Assembly: GCA_963789265.1 (NCBI GenBank)
Contig: CAWBKB010000004.1
Location: 224,001-288,000, forward strand
From: an uncultured delta proteobacterium
GTDB lineage: Bacteria; Desulfobacterota; Desulfomonilia; Desulfomonilales; Desulfomonilaceae
Reading direction: 5' to 3'
DNA: 64,000 nt
Shown: in pieces, positions 59,538 through 64,000 of the stretch
How positions within the stretch are numbered: the first letter of the stretch is position 1
Layout: each line of letters opens with the position of its first letter
Program-made: the position numbers and the translations under genes
Notes under the pieces: generated by a model
What the model was told of the DNA's origin: nothing
The model's input: only the letters and a program-made list of their open reading frames with translations
The model's database searches: none

Positions 59538-60197
59538 ATGAAAAAGTCAGTCTGTGTGCCCATCACACTAGTCCTTTTCTTGTGTTGCGCCGCCTCGGTT
59601 CGGGTTTATGGGGCCGCATTGGACGAAGAGCTCTTGGACGCGGTGAGGGCTGGGGATGCCAATAAAGTCGAGGAACTCCTGTCAAAGGGAGCCAATGTGA
59701 ACGTCAAGGACGAGGACGGCTTCACACCGTTAATGGAGGCTTCGGTTGAAGGGAACACGGAGGTCGTCAAACTGCTCCTCGCAAAAGGGGCGGATGTCAA
59801 TGCCAAGAATGAAGACGGCGACACGGCTCTTATTGCAGCCGCTTTCGCGGGACACACTCAGCTTATGAAGGTGTTGCTGGACAAAGGGGCGGATGTCAAT
59901 GCAACCAACAAAGACGGCGTGTCGGCCCTGTTCGGTGCAGCTTTCGAAGGGCGGCCCGAGGTTGTGAAACTTCTGTTGGACAAGGGAGCGGATGTCAATG
60001 CTCAGGAGAGTAGGAACGGCGCTACACCCTTGATCGTAGCGGCTTTCGAAGGACATAGAGAGGTGATCGAACAACTTCTTGCTAAAGGCGCGAATGTCAA
60101 CGCAAAGGACAATGATGGAAACACCTCTTTGAGTATGGCCACGACCAGAAGCAATACAGCCATTGCGGAATTGTTGAAAGCTCGTGGAGCCAAGTGA
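59538..60197 (+). CDS. Secreted ankyrin-repeat protein
   Basis: Signal peptide and about five G-TPL/TAL...LL.KGADVNA repeats. Confidence 0.92.
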   Translation: MKKSVCVPITLVLFLCCAASVRVYGAALDEELLDAVRAGDANKVEELLSKGANVNVKDEDGFTPLMEASVEGNTEVVKLLLAKGADVNAKNEDGDTALIAAAFAGHTQLMKVLLDKGADVNATNKDGVSALFGAAFEGRPEVVKLLLDKGADVNAQESRNGATPLIVAAFEGHREVIEQLLAKGANVNAKDNDGNTSLSMATTRSNTAIAELLKARGAK

Positions 60198-60225
60198 AGC
60201 CGACATAAACGATTATCGTGGAGAG

Positions 60226-60564
60226 CACAGGTACTCTAAATTCGGTCTAGTATTCTCGTACCATTGCCGTCATTCCCCAGTACGCGGTTCCTCGCAACGT
60301 GGGACGGTTCTGGTCCCCGGATCGGTGTCCGGGGTGACGGCGTCAGATAAGATTGCAAGCACGCGCAACATCGCCCGAAATAGGACACAGTATTTAGGAA
60401 ATCGGGTATAAGTACTTTGATTAATAAGTTCGGTCGCGCATTTTGATTGTGGGGATTGCTTTTTCGCGGGCCGCGGTACTTCCTACATGCCATGAGCAAC
60501 CTAACAGAGCAATATCCCATTCGGCGCCATGTTCCTAACAGCACCGAACTTGTTGATCAGAGTA
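60226..60564. mobile_element. Two tandem MITE-like elements (60226-60408 and 60413-60564)
   Basis: First shares ends with 13729-13928; second has TACTTTGATTAATAAGTTCGGT / ACCGAACTTGTTGATCAGAGTA (19/22 inverted match). Confidence 0.7.
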
Positions 60565-60785
60565 CTGGGTCTTTACATCACGTAAATAAATTTGACACTC
60601 CCCTAGTCTGAACAGGACACCGAGCGTATGCCCGCAAGGGCTTTTGACGCTTCCGGTCGAGTTGGTTCTTATAACCATGCATCCCACAAGTTGGCACGCG
60701 GTTTGCTTGACTTGAGCAATGCCGCCTGATTCGAGATGACATGTCGGCCTCCGATACGTCCCGGAAGGGCCGGCGGGAGAACCAG

Positions 60786-61484
60786 ATGAGGAACAATGTG
60801 CGCCGGAGGCTCCTCAGAAAGATAGAAGAATTGAATAAACGCCTTCTTGCGCTGGGAGCACAAGTGGAAGAGAGCGTCTATCTTGCTGTGAAGGCGATCG
60901 ATCGCAGAGACGCGGAACTGGCCGCGAGGGTCATTGACGGTGACTTTGATATAGACCGCAAAGAAGTTGACCTGGAAGAGGAATGCCTCGAAATTCTTGC
61001 CCTACATCAGCCCGTAGCTATCGACTTGAGACACATTATGGCAGTGCTCAAAATAAACAAAGATCTTGAAAGAGCGGGGGACCTGGCGGTCAACATAGCG
61101 GAAACCGCGATTAATCTCAGCAGCAGGCCGACCATGTGTGTGCCCGAAGACTACTTTGTGATGGCGCAACAGACTCAGAGCATGCTGAAGAAAAGCCTCG
61201 ACGCATTCGTCAATCTATCCGCGGACACTGCATACGAAGTGCTGGCGCAGGATGACGAAGTGGATCGTAAGAAACATACTTTGCACAAGCAATTTGAAGA
61301 AAGATTGTTGGAAGAGCCGGATTTGATTCAGCCGTTAATTCATTTATTCCTGGTTTCCAGGCATCTGGAGCGCATAGCGGATTTGGCGACCAATATTGCG
61401 GAAGAGGTCATTTACATGGTGACCGGGGAAATCGTACGACATGGGGTAGACCAAGGTTATTGGGCTCATGGGAGTTTCCGGTGA
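60786..61484 (+). CDS. phoU: Phosphate signalling protein PhoU
   Basis: QPVAIDLR, DLERAGDLAVNIA, DDEVD, LERIADLATNIAE. Confidence 0.93.
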   Translation: MRNNVRRRLLRKIEELNKRLLALGAQVEESVYLAVKAIDRRDAELAARVIDGDFDIDRKEVDLEEECLEILALHQPVAIDLRHIMAVLKINKDLERAGDLAVNIAETAINLSSRPTMCVPEDYFVMAQQTQSMLKKSLDAFVNLSADTAYEVLAQDDEVDRKKHTLHKQFEERLLEEPDLIQPLIHLFLVSRHLERIADLATNIAEEVIYMVTGEIVRHGVDQGYWAHGSFR

Positions 61485-61630
61485 ATCCGTGTACCTGCCC
61501 TTATATTTGGGCTGCCGGGACTCGGCTCTTGCCCTCCTCTATTCGAGAGGGCGGACCCAAAGGGGATCTCCATCTCAGGGGACTCCTGGCCCAAGCGTCT
61601 TCGTCACCTGTCAAAGGGTCGCGGGTTGAG

Positions 61631-62026
61631 TTAACTTGCCTTGCGCTTGCTTGTGACGAGTTTTCCGGAGGATCTGGTTTTGCGGTACGCAGGTTTTTTG
61701 GGCGCCCTGCACCTGTTTTTACCGACTGCATATTTCCTTGAGGTCTTTTTTTTGTGGCTTGAGAGCCTCTTTGATTTGGTGAGTTTGTGGCGGGTGGATT
61801 TTACTCTTGAAAACTTTTTCTTGGCGCTAGGCTTGTTTTCCGTTGAGGTTTTTTTATCGTGGGCTCTAAGAAGTTTGACTAGACTATCGGTCGGAGTGAA
61901 TTTGTGGCACCTGAGCCTGTGAGAAGGTTTAGTCTTCACTTGAGGTTGTCGGGCGAACGAGCCTTCGGCAATAAACGCGACAAATCCCAAAGCCAAAAAT
62001 GTCCCCAATAACAGTATCCTTGGCAT
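61631..62026 (-). CDS. Lys/Arg-rich putative secreted protein
   Basis: Signal-peptide-like N-terminus followed by a very basic low-complexity region. Confidence 0.5.
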   Translation of the reverse strand: MPRILLLGTFLALGFVAFIAEGSFARQPQVKTKPSHRLRCHKFTPTDSLVKLLRAHDKKTSTENKPSAKKKFSRVKSTRHKLTKSKRLSSHKKKTSRKYAVGKNRCRAPKKPAYRKTRSSGKLVTSKRKAS

Positions 62027-62110
62027 TACACTATGCTCCACAGTTATACGATTTAGCCAACATTACCGAATTTAATATGATTTGTCAATATAAGGATAAT
62101 ATTAACATCA

Positions 62111-62581
62111 TCATCCGGTTATCTCGGAAAGTCGAGGCAATGACAAGGCTATGGCCAAGATAATGACCGCAATAACGGAAATGATTACGAGAATGTCCGG
62201 AAGAACCGAAAAAACGGCCTCTCCTCTGTTTATGTGTCTTCTTATCCTTAGAAACCGAACACCCGACATAAGCATAGCCAAACCGGCCAGGAAGAATGAG
62301 AAGAGACTGAGATAGATGGCGTGAGGAGATGCCTTCAGATGCGACGTTTGGCCGCCGAGTTGGCCGAGTTGTAGGAGGTGTTTCAGGAAAATGTCGAAGC
62401 GTTCAATGACAAAACCAAAAGCGAGAAGCGCAATGCTGGTGCGAGACCATGCCAGAAAAGTGCGTTCATTGGCCATGTGGCTCCGTTGCCACGCGAGAAA
62501 TATCCGATCATCGCTCATTACGTCTGGGGGTCTTGGCTGTCTGATACGGATTCCGCTGTCGTCGTCAGGCTCCTTGTTCAT
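62111..62581 (-). CDS. YidH/DUF202-family membrane protein
   Basis: RSHMANERTFLAWSRTSIALLAFGF. Confidence 0.88.
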   Translation of the reverse strand: MNKEPDDDSGIRIRQPRPPDVMSDDRIFLAWQRSHMANERTFLAWSRTSIALLAFGFVIERFDIFLKHLLQLGQLGGQTSHLKASPHAIYLSLFSFFLAGLAMLMSGVRFLRIRRHINRGEAVFSVLPDILVIISVIAVIILAIALSLPRLSEITG

Positions 62582-62788
62582 TGTACCAATTCCTCCGGCA
62601 AGTGAGGTAGCATTTCATCCCGGGTATCTAAGGTCTTAATTGCAGCGTTTGTCTTTGATGTCAACCGGTATCGTGTCGTCCGGACGGAGAGCCGCTGGTT
62701 GTTTGCCGAATCGCCGTCATGTGATTTTCGGTCATGAAGCAGTGACAAACGCTCCCCTTCCATCACGACAAATCCTTCGAGGAATTGA

Positions 62789-64000
62789 ATGAGTCTGAAG
62801 AATTCCCTTAAAACAACCCTAACCGGTCTTCTAGAAATGCCGGAAGAGGGGACCTCTCCGGACCGGTACAGGATTCTCCGACGAAACATCGTAGCACTAA
62901 TGCTTCTCATAACTATCATTCCACTTCTTTTGATGGCGTTCATCAATTATCATCAGTATCAGTCGGCCTTAGAGACCGAAATTGTGACACCGTTCCGAGT
63001 GCTGGTCAACAAGACCAAACACTCCTTTGAGCTTTTTTGGGCGGGGCGTGTATCAACAGTGAGCTTTATCGCGTCCGCGTATTCCTATGACGATCTAGCT
63101 GATGAAAAAAGCCTGAATCGCATTTTCCGGGTATTGAAACAGGAGTTCAAAGGGTTTGTCGATCTGGGCCTCATTGACGTCAATGGCCTACAGGTAAGTT
63201 ACGTAGGTCCATACGAGCTCAAAGCCAAGAATTACGCGGAGCAGGACTGGTTCCATAAAGTGAAAGTGAAAAGGGTTTACGTAAGCGATGTATTCATGGG
63301 GTATCGGAGGTTCCCTCACATGGTTGTCGCAGTCCAGCACGTCACGGATAGCGGCAAGAGTTGGATTGTGCGCGCCACTATCGACACTGCAGAATTCGAC
63401 GATCTGATTACTTCCATAGGCCTGGATCCTCAAAGTGATGCGTTTGTGACCAACCGAAACGGGGTCTTTCAGACGACATCAAAGTTTTACGGCAAGGTAT
63501 TGGAGAATTGCCCTCTGCCAGTTCCTCCGCTCAGCTACGAACCCAACATAATCGAACAGAAAGACCCGATGGGGCGGAATGTTCTCCTGGCCTACGCATA
63601 TCTTAATTCGTGGGATTTTGTTCTTATGGTCGTAAAGCCTAGAGCTGAGGTGCTCAAAGTTTGGTACACCCTGAAGGGTGACCTTGTATTGGTCTTTGTA
63701 GGAAGCGTTCTGGTCATTTTCGTCGTTGTTTTCGGGCTTACCAGAGTGCTGGTCGATCGACTGAGAGAAAGTGATGAGAAGAGGGAACTTGCTTTCCGCA
63801 GCATCGAACACAGTCAAAAACTCTCTTCGATAGGAAGACTTGCTGCGGGAGTGGCTCATGAGGTCAACAATCCTCTGGCGGTCATCAACGAAAAAGCCGG
63901 TCTCATGAAAGACCTGGTTGAATACACCGGCAACTTTGCCGATAAAGAAAAGTTTCTCGCCTTGACCGGATCGATCATTCAGTCAGTCGAGCGGTGCCGA
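62789..64000 (+). CDS. Membrane sensor histidine kinase with Cache-like domain (3'-truncated by window edge)
   Basis: Open frame from ATG 62789; TM, YVSDVFMGYR, second TM, H-box KLSSIGRLAAGVAHEVNNPL; absent from the ORF track. Confidence 0.9.
   Translation, partial: MSLKNSLKTTLTGLLEMPEEGTSPDRYRILRRNIVALMLLITIIPLLLMAFINYHQYQSALETEIVTPFRVLVNKTKHSFELFWAGRVSTVSFIASAYSYDDLADEKSLNRIFRVLKQEFKGFVDLGLIDVNGLQVSYVGPYELKAKNYAEQDWFHKVKVKRVYVSDVFMGYRRFPHMVVAVQHVTDSGKSWIVRATIDTAEFDDLITSIGLDPQSDAFVTNRNGVFQTTSKFYGKVLENCPLPVPPLSYEPNIIEQKDPMGRNVLLAYAYLNSWDFVLMVVKPRAEVLKVWYTLKGDLVLVFVGSVLVIFVVVFGLTRVLVDRLRESDEKRELAFRSIEHSQKLSSIGRLAAGVAHEVNNPLAVINEKAGLMKDLVEYTGNFADKEKFLALTGSIIQSVERCR

Noticed and set aside
59700..60130. 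Approximately 99-bp DNA periodicity
   Set aside because: Explained by the 33-aa ankyrin repeats.

Overview
A 64-kb chromosomal window from an anaerobic bacterium, probably Desulfobacterota (Desulfomonile-like; inferred from gene content, not from a marker gene). The main result is a mercury-methylation operon on the minus strand (arsR-like regulator, C-GCAxxG-C-C protein, hgcA, hgcB). Its hgcA appears to start 186 nt upstream of the ORF-track call and to read through an in-frame TGA (Cys-Sec dipeptide) followed by a SECIS-like hairpin, making HgcA a probable selenoprotein with a Cys-rich N-terminal arm. A second hidden selenoprotein, a DsbA/FrnE-like UxxC oxidoreductase, converges on hgcB. 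The window also holds a GntR-associated corrinoid methyltransferase locus of unknown substrate, an unannotated 38-aa 7-Cys peptide, a DsrE-TusA-DsrMK-like sulfur-relay module and two surface-glycan clusters. Other genes are an acyl-CoA carboxylase, a lipB-pdhABC-lpdA operon, a diadenylate cyclase, phoU, HU and a truncated sensor kinase. Intergenic DNA is dense with MITEs of several families nested with REP-like hairpins, plus one complete IS1182 inserted into a hairpin loop. Nine genes carry single +1 frameshifts that are most likely sequencing or assembly errors. No rRNA, tRNA or CRISPR array was recognised. All calls come from reading the sequence and recalling family motifs; no database search was run.
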